Source: Alphaproteobacteria bacterium
GTDB lineage: Bacteria > Pseudomonadota > Alphaproteobacteria > CADEGL01
Assembly: GCA_050180485.1 (NCBI GenBank)
Contig: JBFXED010000021.1
Coordinates: 245-64,244 of the forward strand
Length of the DNA: 64,000 nt
Direction of reading: 5' to 3'
Shown here: positions 30,239 through 40,054 of the stretch, piece by piece
How the letters are laid out: each line of letters begins with the position of its first letter
Numbering within the stretch: position 1 is the first letter of the stretch
Translations under genes and position numbers: made by a program
The notes under the pieces: model-generated
Seen by the model: the letters and a program-made list of their open reading frames with translations, nothing else
Databases searched by the model: none
What the model was told of the DNA's origin: nothing

Positions 30239-31198
30239 CTAGCCCTTGACCCAATCCTTGTTCGCGCGCAGCGCCTTGATGATGGCGACCAGGTTCTTGT
30301 CCCGTGCGCGCGACAATTCCGTATAGGACTTGCCCTCGGCCATCCGCTCACACGCCTCGATCACCTTCGTCTTCATCTCGGGCGTCAGCTTGGGCGAGGC
30401 CAGCTTGCTCCACACGCTGGCGTTCTCCATGTCGAAATGCTCGAAGAAATGACGCATGCCGCCCTCGCCGCCCGCCATGTGCATGTGCACGAACGAGCCC
30501 ATCATGGCCCAGCGCAAACCGGGCCCCTGGCGGATCGCCGCGTTGATCTGCTCGGGCGTGGCGATGCCGTCCTGCACCATGTGCAGCGCCTCGTGCCACA
30601 TGGCCTGTTGCAGCCGGTTGGCGATATGGCCCGGCGCCTCCTTGATCATCTTGATCGCGTAGTGGCCGTTGCGGTTATAGAAGTCGCAGGCCCAATCGAC
30701 CGCCCATTCCGACGTCTTCCGGCCGCCGCAGACCTCGACCAGCGGAATGATGTGGGGCGGGTTGAACGGATGGCCGATCACCGTGCGCTCCGGATGGATG
30801 CTCTCCTTCTGGATGTCGCTCATGATGAAGCCGGAGGTGGAGGACGAGATCACGATGTCCTTCGGCGCGGCCTCCTCGATCTGGGGCAGCAGCTTGACCT
30901 TGATCTCGAGTTTCTCGGGCGCGCTCTCCTGGATGAAATCGGCGTCCTTCACGATGTCGCCGAGCGAGGTGCTGAATTTGAGGCGCGAGCGCGAGGCACC
31001 GGGTGCGAGCCCCAACTCCTCCAGGAACGGCCAGGCCTGGTCGAGAAGCCTGTGCAGCTTGGCCTCGGCCTTGGGGTCCGGGTCCTGAACCGAGACATCG
31101 AAGCCCTTGGCCAGGAAATGCGCGGCCCAGCCGCCGCCCATCAATCCCGTACCCACGCAGGCCACGCGGCGCACTTTGTCGGGTGTCGGTCGAGCCAT
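30239..31198 (-). CDS. L-carnitine dehydrogenase-like 3-hydroxyacyl dehydrogenase
   Basis: VGTGLMGGGWAAHFLAKG, FIQESAPE, SSSTSG, GHPFNPPHIIPLVEV, GHIANRLQ, GPGLRWA.MG. Confidence 0.87.
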   Translation of the reverse strand: MARPTPDKVRRVACVGTGLMGGGWAAHFLAKGFDVSVQDPDPKAEAKLHRLLDQAWPFLEELGLAPGASRSRLKFSTSLGDIVKDADFIQESAPEKLEIKVKLLPQIEEAAPKDIVISSSTSGFIMSDIQKESIHPERTVIGHPFNPPHIIPLVEVCGGRKTSEWAVDWACDFYNRNGHYAIKMIKEAPGHIANRLQQAMWHEALHMVQDGIATPEQINAAIRQGPGLRWAMMGSFVHMHMAGGEGGMRHFFEHFDMENASVWSKLASPKLTPEMKTKVIEACERMAEGKSYTELSRARDKNLVAIIKALRANKDWVKG

Positions 31199-31217
31199 GG
31201 CTGGTTCCCTTTCTCTC

Positions 31218-32369
31218 TCAGCCCGTCTTCAGATCCGGCGGCGGGGTGCGGGCGACCGCGTCGCGGTGGGCCTCGTCGGCCAGGGCGTCGATGTTCTCCT
31301 GCCGCTGGGCGGCGGCGGCCTCGTCGTAGAGGAACGGCAAGAAGCAGAAGCGCCGTCCGCGCGTGATCGGCCACACCTCGTGCAGGACCGAACAGGAAAA
31401 GACAATGGCGCCGCCCGTGGCCGCGCGATACATGCGCGGGTCGTACTCGGGAAAACGCAAGTCGCCGCCCTCGTACTCCTCGGCGTTCAGGTTGATCGTG
31501 ACGGCGAAGCGGCGGTGCGCCGTGCCCTTGGTGGTGTCGTCGCGATGGGCGCGGAAATAGCCGCCCGTCTGCGAATCGTAGCAGGCCACGATATGCCGCT
31601 CGATGCGCGTGGCGGTGAACTGGAACACCTTGCGCACCTCGGGCACCAGGCGGCGCGCGATCTTGGCGTTGATGGTTTCCTGCAACGCCATGTCGCGGAT
31701 GGGGCAGTCGGCGCGGCGCTTGAAGCCGTGGTCGACGGTCGAGACCGTCTTGCCGCTGGCGGGATCGGTGCGCATGAAGCCGCTGTCCTCGCCGCCGTCC
31801 TTGTCGTACAGCGCGATCAGCTCGCGGCAGAATTCCTTTTCGAACACGTTGGGCACGGCCAGGACAGGCGCGCCGGGCCCGGCCATGGAGCGGTCGTCTG
31901 AGGCCGGCTGCGCATCGATGACGGACAGAACCTCCGCCACATGCCGCTCCGGCGCGTCGATCTTCAGCACGGCCAATACGCGCAAGGTTCGGTCCAGCAC
32001 CAGCGAGAACGGGTGATAGACGCCGGCCTCGTCGCAGGCGCCATAGAGCATGCTGAGTTGCCGCCGGTAGTCGAGGAACAGCCGCGCACCCGGCCTGCGC
32101 TCGGCCAGGCGCCCGTCCTTCACGTCGGCGGGATCGCAGGTGACGATGAACAGCGACGCGCGAATGTCGTTGAAAACGCGCTCGTCGGAAATCATTTGAG
32201 CCGCCATGGTGCGCAACCGCTCGTCCTTGGCCGAACCCAGGAAGGTCAGGACGACGTAGCGGCCGCCCGCGATGTTGAAATGGAAATCCTGCCGCTCGGG
32301 TGTCGGCGCGACGAACCACGGCACCGGATCGCCGGGGCTGAAGGTCCGAGGCTTCTTCAGTTGCGCCAT
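31218..32369 (-). CDS. Redoxin-like domain fused to 2OG-Fe(II) oxygenase
   Basis: N-terminal PGDPVPWF...GGRYVVLTF; C-terminal GGYFRAHRDD (HxD), RRFAVTINLN, YEGGDLRFPE, LHEV.P.TRGRR. Confidence 0.86.
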   Translation of the reverse strand: MAQLKKPRTFSPGDPVPWFVAPTPERQDFHFNIAGGRYVVLTFLGSAKDERLRTMAAQMISDERVFNDIRASLFIVTCDPADVKDGRLAERRPGARLFLDYRRQLSMLYGACDEAGVYHPFSLVLDRTLRVLAVLKIDAPERHVAEVLSVIDAQPASDDRSMAGPGAPVLAVPNVFEKEFCRELIALYDKDGGEDSGFMRTDPASGKTVSTVDHGFKRRADCPIRDMALQETINAKIARRLVPEVRKVFQFTATRIERHIVACYDSQTGGYFRAHRDDTTKGTAHRRFAVTINLNAEEYEGGDLRFPEYDPRMYRAATGGAIVFSCSVLHEVWPITRGRRFCFLPFLYDEAAAAQRQENIDALADEAHRDAVARTPPPDLKTG

Positions 32370-32419
32370 GCCCGCTTCGCGGCCGCGCGCGGTTTTTGGG
32401 TCCGCGCGCGGCGCAGCGC

Positions 32420-33355
32420 CTAGAACGAGACCTTGTCGCCGCCCTTCAGGCCCAGCATTTGGCGCGCCTCGTCCGGCGTCGCGACCGAGAGCGACAGGTC
32501 CTCGACGATGCGGCGGATCTTGGCGACCTGGGCCGCGTTCGATTCCGTCATCTGGCCTTTGCCCAGATAGAGGCTGTCCTCCATGCCCACGCGCACGCTG
32601 CCGCCCATGATCGCATTCATGGTGCAGAAGGCCATCTGATGGCGGCCCGCCGCGAGAACGGAGAAATAGAAGTCTTCGCCGAACAGCCGGTCGGCCGTAC
32701 GCCGCATAAAGACCAAATTGTCGTAGTCCGGGCCGATGCCGCCCAGGATGCCGAAGATGCCCTGGATCAGGAACGGCGGCTTCACGAAGCCGCGGTCGAC
32801 CAGATAGGCCAGGCTGTAGAGATGGCCGACGTCATAGCACTCGAACTCGAATTTGGTGCCGTGCCCTTCGCCCAGTTCCTTGCAGATGCGTTCCATGTCG
32901 TGGAACGTGTTCTTGACCACGAAGTCTTTCGTACTGTCGAGATACTGCTTCTCCCAATCGAACTTCCAATCCTTGAAGCGCGCGGCGGCCTGGAACAGGC
33001 CGAAATTCATCGAGCCCATGTTGAACGAGGTCATCTCGGGTGAGGCCGCCTTGGGCGCGGCCAGGCGCTCGTCGAGCGTCATGCCCATGCCGCCGCCCGT
33101 GGTGATGTTCACCACCGCGTTGCAGTTCTGCTTGATGCGCGGCAGGAACTCCATGAACACGCCCGGGTCCGGCGTCGGCTTGCCGTTCTTGGGATCGCGC
33201 GCGTGCAAATGGATGATGGCGGCGCCCGCTTCCGCCGCCGCGATGGACGCCTCGGCGACCTCGGTCGGGGTGATCGGCAGATACTTCGACATGGTCGGCG
33301 TGTGCACGGAGCCCGTGACCGCGCAGGTGATGATAACTTTGTCGGTTTTCTTCAC
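32420..33355 (-). CDS. BKACE beta-keto acid cleavage enzyme (DUF849/Kce family)
   Basis: KVIITCAVTG..HTPTMS.YLP, AGAAIIHLHARDP, FECYDVGHL, VRVGMEDSL; GTG start after GGGAGG. Confidence 0.92.
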   Translation of the reverse strand: MKKTDKVIITCAVTGSVHTPTMSKYLPITPTEVAEASIAAAEAGAAIIHLHARDPKNGKPTPDPGVFMEFLPRIKQNCNAVVNITTGGGMGMTLDERLAAPKAASPEMTSFNMGSMNFGLFQAAARFKDWKFDWEKQYLDSTKDFVVKNTFHDMERICKELGEGHGTKFEFECYDVGHLYSLAYLVDRGFVKPPFLIQGIFGILGGIGPDYDNLVFMRRTADRLFGEDFYFSVLAAGRHQMAFCTMNAIMGGSVRVGMEDSLYLGKGQMTESNAAQVAKIRRIVEDLSLSVATPDEARQMLGLKGGDKVSF

Positions 33356-33464
33356 GAACCCCTCCCAGATTGATCCCCGAAGCCGGTTCACCGGCCGTTC
33401 GCGCGGGAGTATGGCGCGCTGGGAAGGGGGCGGTCCAGGGGCGCAAAACGAGCTTTAGATCGTG

Positions 33465-34229
33465 CTAATTCGCAGTAGCCGCAGCGGAGGGAAAGGCATC
33501 CCAGGTTCGTCCATTGAGCTTGCGGCCAGTGGCCTTCTTGTTGCGCCCTCCCCATTGCTTAAAAAAGAACGCGACGTCATCGCGCTCGCACAGAAATTGA
33601 ATCTGCTGAACCCAAGACTCATTCATTGGCCGGGCTTTGGGTCCAGATTCTCCGCCGACGATTGCCCAGTGGATACTACGCAAATCAACTTCGCCGACCG
33701 CGCCGATCAACGGCTCGAAGGAGACGAACCGAACTGCAGCAGGCGTAGCCTTGAGATGCTTGAGACGAAACACTTGCTCCGAACCCTCTATGGATGTTCC
33801 GAGCCAAACGTTATTCAAAACAGGAAGCTTCGCCTCGCTTAAGATCGCAGCCATCCGCTTAGGTCTCTTAGTGAGAATCTGGAAAACATGCCATTGAGCC
33901 GCCTGCATAATTTCCCAAACGCTCGCTATAAAATTTACGGGCACATCGTCCTGGAATAAATCTGACATCGAATTTACGAAAATCTTTCGAGGTTTTCTCC
34001 ATTCGAGCGGAGCATTAAGCGATGAGTGGTCCAGCACGACTTTTCCTGTCCAGACGGCGCGCTTGCCACTCTTCCGCGTAGTGCCTTTGTACTTGGCGCT
34101 GCCCATAGCCTCGAGGCGCGCCGCCATACGCATGGCATAGCAATTGGTGCAACCAGGAGAAACTATCGAGCAACCGGCAATCGGATTCCATGTCGCGTCA
34201 GTCCATTCGATATCTGACAAACCAGCCAT
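33465..34229 (-). CDS. DUF5131 (phage Gp37/Gp68-like) three-Cys-motif protein
   Basis: IEWTDATWNP..GC...SPGC.NCYA, FVNSMSDLF, FQILTKRP, RFVSFEPLIG, W.IVGGESGP.ARPM, FFFKQWGG. Confidence 0.92.
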   Translation of the reverse strand: MAGLSDIEWTDATWNPIAGCSIVSPGCTNCYAMRMAARLEAMGSAKYKGTTRKSGKRAVWTGKVVLDHSSLNAPLEWRKPRKIFVNSMSDLFQDDVPVNFIASVWEIMQAAQWHVFQILTKRPKRMAAILSEAKLPVLNNVWLGTSIEGSEQVFRLKHLKATPAAVRFVSFEPLIGAVGEVDLRSIHWAIVGGESGPKARPMNESWVQQIQFLCERDDVAFFFKQWGGRNKKATGRKLNGRTWDAFPSAAATAN

Positions 34230-34231
34230 GG

Positions 34232-35125
34232 CTACTGTCCTTTCAATGCGGCTGCCGCTAGCTTTCTAGCCAACAACTTCGCTTTTTCGCTCCGGCTAGA
34301 GCAGGCAAAATACAGCGTATACATGGGCATGTTTGGACGGCCAAGAGTCAGCCCCTTCGGGGCGACTTCAGGAAAAATGGTTTTCAGCCGTTCGATAACA
34401 TAAGCCTCGATATTGCCGATGCTAGCTGTCCGCTGGGTCTGCACATCATTAGCACCAAATAAATCCGTGCTCTCGGTTGTCACATAGAAGCGGCTGCGCC
34501 AGTTCCTATCACCCAGAAGACGATCCAGACGGTCTTCCCATGAGCGCGGCATGCTCCGCCCATGAGGGGTCATGCGTCCGATCCCCATTGCGGTCGGAAA
34601 CAGATACCAAACATCAAGTATACCAGTTGCCGCTATGCGCTTTAGCGTCTCCCAGTCGAGTTGTGTGCCGTACGGATCAAGGAAGATCACACCTCGCGTC
34701 GATTGCTTATTCACGCTTTCTATGAAGCTTTTGGTAGCGGCATTTGCGTCACCGCGAATGAAATTGCAGCGTGCGGCGAGTTGGGCATATTCGGCCCGCA
34801 CAGCCTGCTCCAGCTCATCCAAATGACGAGCACGCTTTTCGATAAAGACATAGCTTTGAAATGGCGGGGTGATCTCCAGGGCTATTCTGGAGGAGCCCTT
34901 AGCCAAATCTGCATATGCAGAAGTATCGACCTCGAACAACTCTCCGTCCCCGGCAGCGATCGCCCGCGAGCCGGTTCCGGCGAATGCGTCGATGAAAACG
35001 AGCGAAAAGCCCTTGTTCTGTAAAGCCGTCGTATAAGCGCCGAGATAGCGCCGGAGAATCGCGAGTTTCTTCTCGGTCCATTCACCGCCGAAAGTGTGCG
35101 ACACAGCGTTCCCCGCGTTCGCCAT
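34232..35125 (-). CDS. tcmP: Three-Cys-motif partner protein (SAM-dependent methyltransferase-like)
   Basis: FGGEWTEKKL.IL..YL, FIDAFAGTG, GS..IAL, GDAN, IFLDPYG, DVWYLFP; immediately upstream of DUF5131 gene. Confidence 0.85.
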   Translation of the reverse strand: MANAGNAVSHTFGGEWTEKKLAILRRYLGAYTTALQNKGFSLVFIDAFAGTGSRAIAAGDGELFEVDTSAYADLAKGSSRIALEITPPFQSYVFIEKRARHLDELEQAVRAEYAQLAARCNFIRGDANAATKSFIESVNKQSTRGVIFLDPYGTQLDWETLKRIAATGILDVWYLFPTAMGIGRMTPHGRSMPRSWEDRLDRLLGDRNWRSRFYVTTESTDLFGANDVQTQRTASIGNIEAYVIERLKTIFPEVAPKGLTLGRPNMPMYTLYFACSSRSEKAKLLARKLAAAALKGQ

Positions 35126-35152
35126 GTCGGGAAATTATGCCATATAAAGCGG

Positions 35153-35359
35153 CTAATTGCTGCCCTTCGCGCAGGATTTGATGAACTTCTCGCGCTCGAA
35201 GCCCTTGAGCTTTTTCGCGTCCGCCGTGTCGGCGCATTCCTGGATGCGGCGGTCGCTGACCCATGTCGCATGCGGGTCTGCCTGCCACGGCGTGGCCTGC
35301 ACGGCCGTGGCCAGGATCAGGTTTGGAACGATGACGGCAAGCAACAAAGCCGGTTTCAT
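35153..35359 (-). CDS. Small exported protein with PsiF-like repeat
   Basis: Signal peptide then C...ADAKKLKG.ER.KFI.SC, resembling a PsiF repeat. Confidence 0.55.
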   Translation of the reverse strand: MKPALLLAVIVPNLILATAVQATPWQADPHATWVSDRRIQECADTADAKKLKGFEREKFIKSCAKGSN

Positions 35360-35490
35360 CACGATCCGCTCAAAAGAGTTATGACGCCGTGATTCTTGCA
35401 AGCGCTCCCTGCTACCGCAAGGCCTGCGAACCTAAGCAATTTCCCGCATGGACGCTGGAGCGGGGCGGCGCATTCGGCCATCATGCGGCC

Positions 35491-37173
35491 ATGATCGAAT
35501 ATGATTTCCTGATTATCGGCGGCGGATCGGCCGGCGCCACGATGGCCGGCCGCCTGTCCGAATCGGGCGGCAACACCGTCCTTCTGGTCGAAGCGGGCCC
35601 TGACACACCGCCGGGCCAGGAACCCAAGAGCGTGCTCGATTCCTATCCGGGCGTCGCCTATTTCGATCCGCGCTATCACTGGTCGAAGCTGCGTGTGTTC
35701 CTGGAACAGGGCAGCACCGTCCCGCGGCGCTTCGAGCAAGCCAAGATCATGGGCGGCGGCTCCAGCATCAACGGCACCTTCGCCATTCGCGGCCTACCGG
35801 CCGACTACGACGCGTGGGCCGCCATGGGCGTCACCGGATGGTCTTTCGCCGATTGCCTGCCCTTGTTCAAGAAGCTGGAACGCGACCTCGATTTCGACGG
35901 GCCCGTGCACGGCAAGGACGGGCCGATCCCCATCCGGCGCGTGAAGTTCGAGGATTGGCCCGGCTTCTCCCGCGCGGTCGGCGATGGGCTGAGCGGGCGC
36001 GGCGTGCCCTTCCGCCCCGACCATAACGGCACGGCGGAAGACGGCTGGTTCTCCATGCCGATCAACAACGAGAACGACCATCGCGTCTCGACCGCGATGG
36101 CCTATCTGGATGCGACGGCGCGCAAGCGGCCCAATTTGCGCATCTTCGCCGAGACCATGCTGGAGCAGCTGACCTTCGACGGAAAACGCTGTACCGGCGC
36201 GGTCCTGATCCGCCCCAACGGCCGCGAGACGGTGGCCGCGCGCCGGGTGATCGTCTGCGCCGGCGCGCTCCATTCGCCCGCCATCCTCATGCGCGCGGGC
36301 ATCGGCCCCGGCGGGGAAATTCAAAAGCACGGCATTTCCGTGCTGCACGACCTTCCCGGCGTCGGACGTAATTTGATGGAGCATCCGACCGTGGCCTTGG
36401 GCGCGCATCTGCGCCGCGCCGCGCGCCAACCGCGCCGCATGGGCCGCCACATCATGCTGGGCTGGCGCTATTCCTCGGGCATCGAGGGTTGCACGCCCGG
36501 CGACATGCATGTGCTCGCCATCAACCGCGCGGGCTGGCACCCGTTGGGCCGCCGCCTGGGTTCCATGGTCTGCGAATGCAACATCTCCTACTCGCGCGGC
36601 TCGGTCACGCTGCGCTCGCAGGCGGCCGAGGACGAGCCCATCGTTCATTTCAACTTCTTCTCCGACCGCCGCGACCTGGAGCGGCTGGTTCAGGGGATGA
36701 AGCGGCTGTACACCGTGATGACGACGCCGCAGGTGCAAGAAACGGTCACCGAGATCTTTCCCACCAGCTACACCGAGCGCGCGCGCGACATCGCCATCGT
36801 CTCCGTGGGCAATTGGCTGCGCACGGCGGCGGGCGCGGCGCTAATCGATTCGGGCGAAGCGGGGCGGCGCTACATGATCCACCGGAAGATCAGCCCGGAC
36901 ATCGATATCCACGCGCTGGTGCGCAACGACAAGGCGCTGGAGCAATGGGTGCGCGACAAGGCCTATGGCAGCTGGCACGCCAGCGGCACCTGCCGCATGG
37001 GCGCTGATGGCGACCCCATGGCCGTTCTCGATCCGTCGTGCCGGGTGCGCGGGATCGAGAATTTGCGCGTGGTCGATGCCTCGGCCATGCCGTCCATCCC
37101 GGCGGCCAACACCAACATCACCACCATCATGATGGCGGAGAAAGTGGCCGCCGCGATCCGGGCCGGCGAATGA
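35491..37173 (+). CDS. GMC-family FAD oxidoreductase
   Basis: YDFLIIGGGSAG, GGGSSING, SPAILMRAGIG, GVGRNLMEHP, WHASGTCRMG, LRVVDASAMP, NTNITTIMMAEK. Confidence 0.93.
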   Translation: MIEYDFLIIGGGSAGATMAGRLSESGGNTVLLVEAGPDTPPGQEPKSVLDSYPGVAYFDPRYHWSKLRVFLEQGSTVPRRFEQAKIMGGGSSINGTFAIRGLPADYDAWAAMGVTGWSFADCLPLFKKLERDLDFDGPVHGKDGPIPIRRVKFEDWPGFSRAVGDGLSGRGVPFRPDHNGTAEDGWFSMPINNENDHRVSTAMAYLDATARKRPNLRIFAETMLEQLTFDGKRCTGAVLIRPNGRETVAARRVIVCAGALHSPAILMRAGIGPGGEIQKHGISVLHDLPGVGRNLMEHPTVALGAHLRRAARQPRRMGRHIMLGWRYSSGIEGCTPGDMHVLAINRAGWHPLGRRLGSMVCECNISYSRGSVTLRSQAAEDEPIVHFNFFSDRRDLERLVQGMKRLYTVMTTPQVQETVTEIFPTSYTERARDIAIVSVGNWLRTAAGAALIDSGEAGRRYMIHRKISPDIDIHALVRNDKALEQWVRDKAYGSWHASGTCRMGADGDPMAVLDPSCRVRGIENLRVVDASAMPSIPAANTNITTIMMAEKVAAAIRAGE

Positions 37174-37177
37174 CGCC

Positions 37178-38188
37178 ATGAGACGCCGGACATTCCTGAC
37201 CGTCATCGCCTTGGCGCTGGTGGGCGCCAGCGCGATCGCGCTGGCACCCGACTGGCGGAAAACCTTCGATCCGCTTCCGTCCTGGAACGAAGGAACCGCG
37301 AAGCACACGATCATCGATTTCGTGCGGCGCGCCGTGGCCGAGGGCGGGCCGGATTACATCCCGCCCGAGAAGCGCATCGCCACCTTCGACAATGACGGCA
37401 CGCTGTGGGTGGAACAGCCCACCTATCCCGAAACCGTGTTTATCTTCGATCGCGTGAAGGCGCTGGCACCGCAGCACCCCGAATGGGCGGAAGCCGAGCC
37501 CTACAAGTCGGCCTTGGCCGGCGACTACAAGGCCGTCGCGCGCCAGGGCGACGCGGCCCTCCTGACGCTGGCCATCACGGCCGGCGCGGGCATGACCGAC
37601 GCCGCCTTCGAGCAGGCGGCCGCGCAATGGCTCGAAACCGCCCGCCATCCGCGCTTCGACCGGCCCTACACGGACCTCGCCTATCGGCCCATGCTGGAGC
37701 TGTTGTCCTATCTGCGGGACAACGGCTTCAAGACCTTCATCGTCTCGGGCGGCGGCATCGCGTTCCTGCGCGCCTTCGCCGAGAAGACCTACGGCATTCC
37801 CCCCGAGCAGGTGATCGGCTCGGCCGTCGCCCTGTCGTACCGAATGGACCAGGGTAAACCGGTCCTTCTCCGCTTGGACCGCGCGACCGCGATGGACATA
37901 GGGCCGGTGAAGGCCGAACGCATCGGAACCGTGATCGGCCGCCGGCCGGTCTTCGCCGCGGGCAACTCGGACGGCGATCTGGAAATGCTGCAATGGACCA
38001 CCATGGCCGGTGGCGCGCGCTTCGGCATGCTGGTGCGCCACACCGACGCCGAGCGCGAATACGCCTATGACCGGCAGTCCGACATCGGCCAACTGTCCGT
38101 GGCGTTGGATCAGGCGCGCGAGCGCGGCTGGATCGTGATCGACATGAAGCGCGACTGGCGCACGATGTTCGCGTTCGAGAATCCCTAG
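37178..38188 (+). CDS. Exported HAD-family hydrolase
   Basis: DPLPSWN, IATFDNDGTLWVEQP, IVSGGG, GNSDGDLEML, D.EREYAY; MRRRTFL Tat-like signal. Confidence 0.9.
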   Translation: MRRRTFLTVIALALVGASAIALAPDWRKTFDPLPSWNEGTAKHTIIDFVRRAVAEGGPDYIPPEKRIATFDNDGTLWVEQPTYPETVFIFDRVKALAPQHPEWAEAEPYKSALAGDYKAVARQGDAALLTLAITAGAGMTDAAFEQAAAQWLETARHPRFDRPYTDLAYRPMLELLSYLRDNGFKTFIVSGGGIAFLRAFAEKTYGIPPEQVIGSAVALSYRMDQGKPVLLRLDRATAMDIGPVKAERIGTVIGRRPVFAAGNSDGDLEMLQWTTMAGGARFGMLVRHTDAEREYAYDRQSDIGQLSVALDQARERGWIVIDMKRDWRTMFAFENP

Positions 38189-38958
38189 GGCTTTTTCCCC
38201 ATCCGCGCCTCGGCGGGACAGAAGGGCGAACGCTTGCGCGCGATGTATTCGTCGATGATCTCGGTATAGCGCTCGCGGCCGAAGCTGGCGTAGTGCCCGC
38301 CGTGGACGACCGAGACGGGCACGCTCCGGATCCGCTCCACGCTGGTCAGGAAATCGTCCTCGACCGTGTGATAGAGGATCAGCTTGCCGATACCGTTGGC
38401 GCCGTTATGGACGACGTCGCCCGAGAAGAGGATGCCGGTCTTCTTCTCGTAAAGCGCGATCGAGCCCGGCGAGTGGCCGGGGATGTGCAGCACCTCGAAG
38501 GCGCGGTCGCCCAGATCGACCACATCGCCCTCGACCAGCTTTCGCGTGGCAGGCGCGGCCTTCACCTCGTATTCGGCGGCGGAAAACCCGGCCGGCTTCT
38601 CGCCCTCGAACATCTCGTCGACGACGTACGGGTCGGCCACCGTGTTGAAGCGCGTCGGGCGCGCCATGATGTCGGCCTCGGCCGCATGGATGTGACGGTG
38701 GCCGAACTCGAAATGCCCGCCCACGTGGTCGCAGTGGCTGTGGCTGCCCACGGCCAGCACGGTGCGCTCGTTCAATTCGGGAATGGAATCCAAAAGGCTG
38801 ACCAGGCCGAAGCCCGTGTCCACCAGCATGTCGCGGTCGCGCCCGCGCACATGCCAGATGTTGCAGCGGAAATCGGGCTTGATGCGCGCTTCCCAGAACA
38901 GGGTGACGCCGTCGCCCGCGGATTTCGAACGGAACCAGCCGTCCGCGTAGGAGCCCAT
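38185..38958 (-). CDS. Metallo-beta-lactamase-fold hydrolase
   Basis: CNIWHVRGRDRD.LVDTG, SHSHCDHVGG, PGHSPGS, LFSGD, HGGH. Confidence 0.88.
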   Translation of the reverse strand: MGSYADGWFRSKSAGDGVTLFWEARIKPDFRCNIWHVRGRDRDMLVDTGFGLVSLLDSIPELNERTVLAVGSHSHCDHVGGHFEFGHRHIHAAEADIMARPTRFNTVADPYVVDEMFEGEKPAGFSAAEYEVKAAPATRKLVEGDVVDLGDRAFEVLHIPGHSPGSIALYEKKTGILFSGDVVHNGANGIGKLILYHTVEDDFLTSVERIRSVPVSVVHGGHYASFGRERYTEIIDEYIARKRSPFCPAEARMGKKP

Positions 38959-38998
38959 CGTTTCTGACCCTTTGCAGCAGATTAGATCGAACGGCCCT

Positions 38999-39979
38999 TC
39001 AGGGCATCTCGAACGACGCCACCAGCGGCGCATGGAAGGAATCGGGCGGATGCGTCACCGGCGGCGTCGATATCTCATCGAACAGGGACTCGTTGTGGAC
39101 CTCGACGCCGCGCACGTGTGCCAGAAGCGCACGCGAGACCAGGACATGGTCGATCAGCGACGTACGTCCGCCATGAACGACCGAATAGCGGTTCGATTCC
39201 GGAATCGACCCTTCCAAGGGGACGAGCGCGCGGTGGGCCAGACTGCCGTTTCCCGTATCGGCCTCGGCGGCGATCAGGGTGCGCACCGGCATCTCGCGCG
39301 CCTCGGCGTTGAAGTCGCCTGCAACTGCGATCAATGCCTGGCGGTCGGCATCGAACAACCCATCGACGAACAGGCGCGTCTCCAGCGCCTGGCCCGCACG
39401 CTTCATGGTGGCGAGGAAAAAGCCTTCGGCCCAGGCGCGCGCCGAGCCCCAGGCGAAGGGGCCGGTCTTCCCTCCCGGCACGAAAGCGGCCAGCGGCGCA
39501 CGCAAATGAAGGTTGATGACGTGGAACATCCGGCCTCCGCCTAAATCGAGCGCCGTGTGGAGCACGGGCCGGTCCCATTCCACGGGCGCCGCCGTCTCGG
39601 CCACGGGCGAAGCCGCGACCAGATGGTAGGACGGCGCCGGCACGATCCCGTGCCGGATCTGGGTTTGGTCGCGGATGGGGAAGCGCGACAGGGTGACCAG
39701 GTTGTGGACGTCGTAGGGGCCATGCTCGCCCTTGGTGTGGGCGCGCGCATAAGACGCGTAGGGCGTGCCTTCCAAGAGCCGATCGAGCGCGGCGAGGGTG
39801 CGCGGCGCATGGCGCGCCGAAGGCTGGCCGTTCACCTCTTGCAGGCAAAGCACATCGGCCCGCAGCCGCGCGAGCTGTGGGCGCAGGATCTCGATGCGCC
39901 GCTCAAGCGGCGGCGCGCGCTCCGGACGGTCATCCAGACTTTCGAGATTGAAGGTGGCGAGGCGAAAGGCGAGCGGCAT
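38999..39979 (-). CDS. Endonuclease/exonuclease/phosphatase family protein
   Basis: RLATFNLE, ADVLCLQEV, NLHL, AGDFNA, IDHVLVS, SFHAP. Confidence 0.88.
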   Translation of the reverse strand: MPLAFRLATFNLESLDDRPERAPPLERRIEILRPQLARLRADVLCLQEVNGQPSARHAPRTLAALDRLLEGTPYASYARAHTKGEHGPYDVHNLVTLSRFPIRDQTQIRHGIVPAPSYHLVAASPVAETAAPVEWDRPVLHTALDLGGGRMFHVINLHLRAPLAAFVPGGKTGPFAWGSARAWAEGFFLATMKRAGQALETRLFVDGLFDADRQALIAVAGDFNAEAREMPVRTLIAAEADTGNGSLAHRALVPLEGSIPESNRYSVVHGGRTSLIDHVLVSRALLAHVRGVEVHNESLFDEISTPPVTHPPDSFHAPLVASFEMP

Positions 39980-40054
39980 GGCCCCGGCTTTCCGGTTTCA
40001 GGCGGCCGAGGATAGGGCGTTCTAGCGATTGGGTCAGCGATTCAAATAAAGACC

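Noticed and set aside
33465-34229. Prophage suggested by the Gp37/Gp68 family name
   Set aside because: No structural, terminase or integrase genes nearby.
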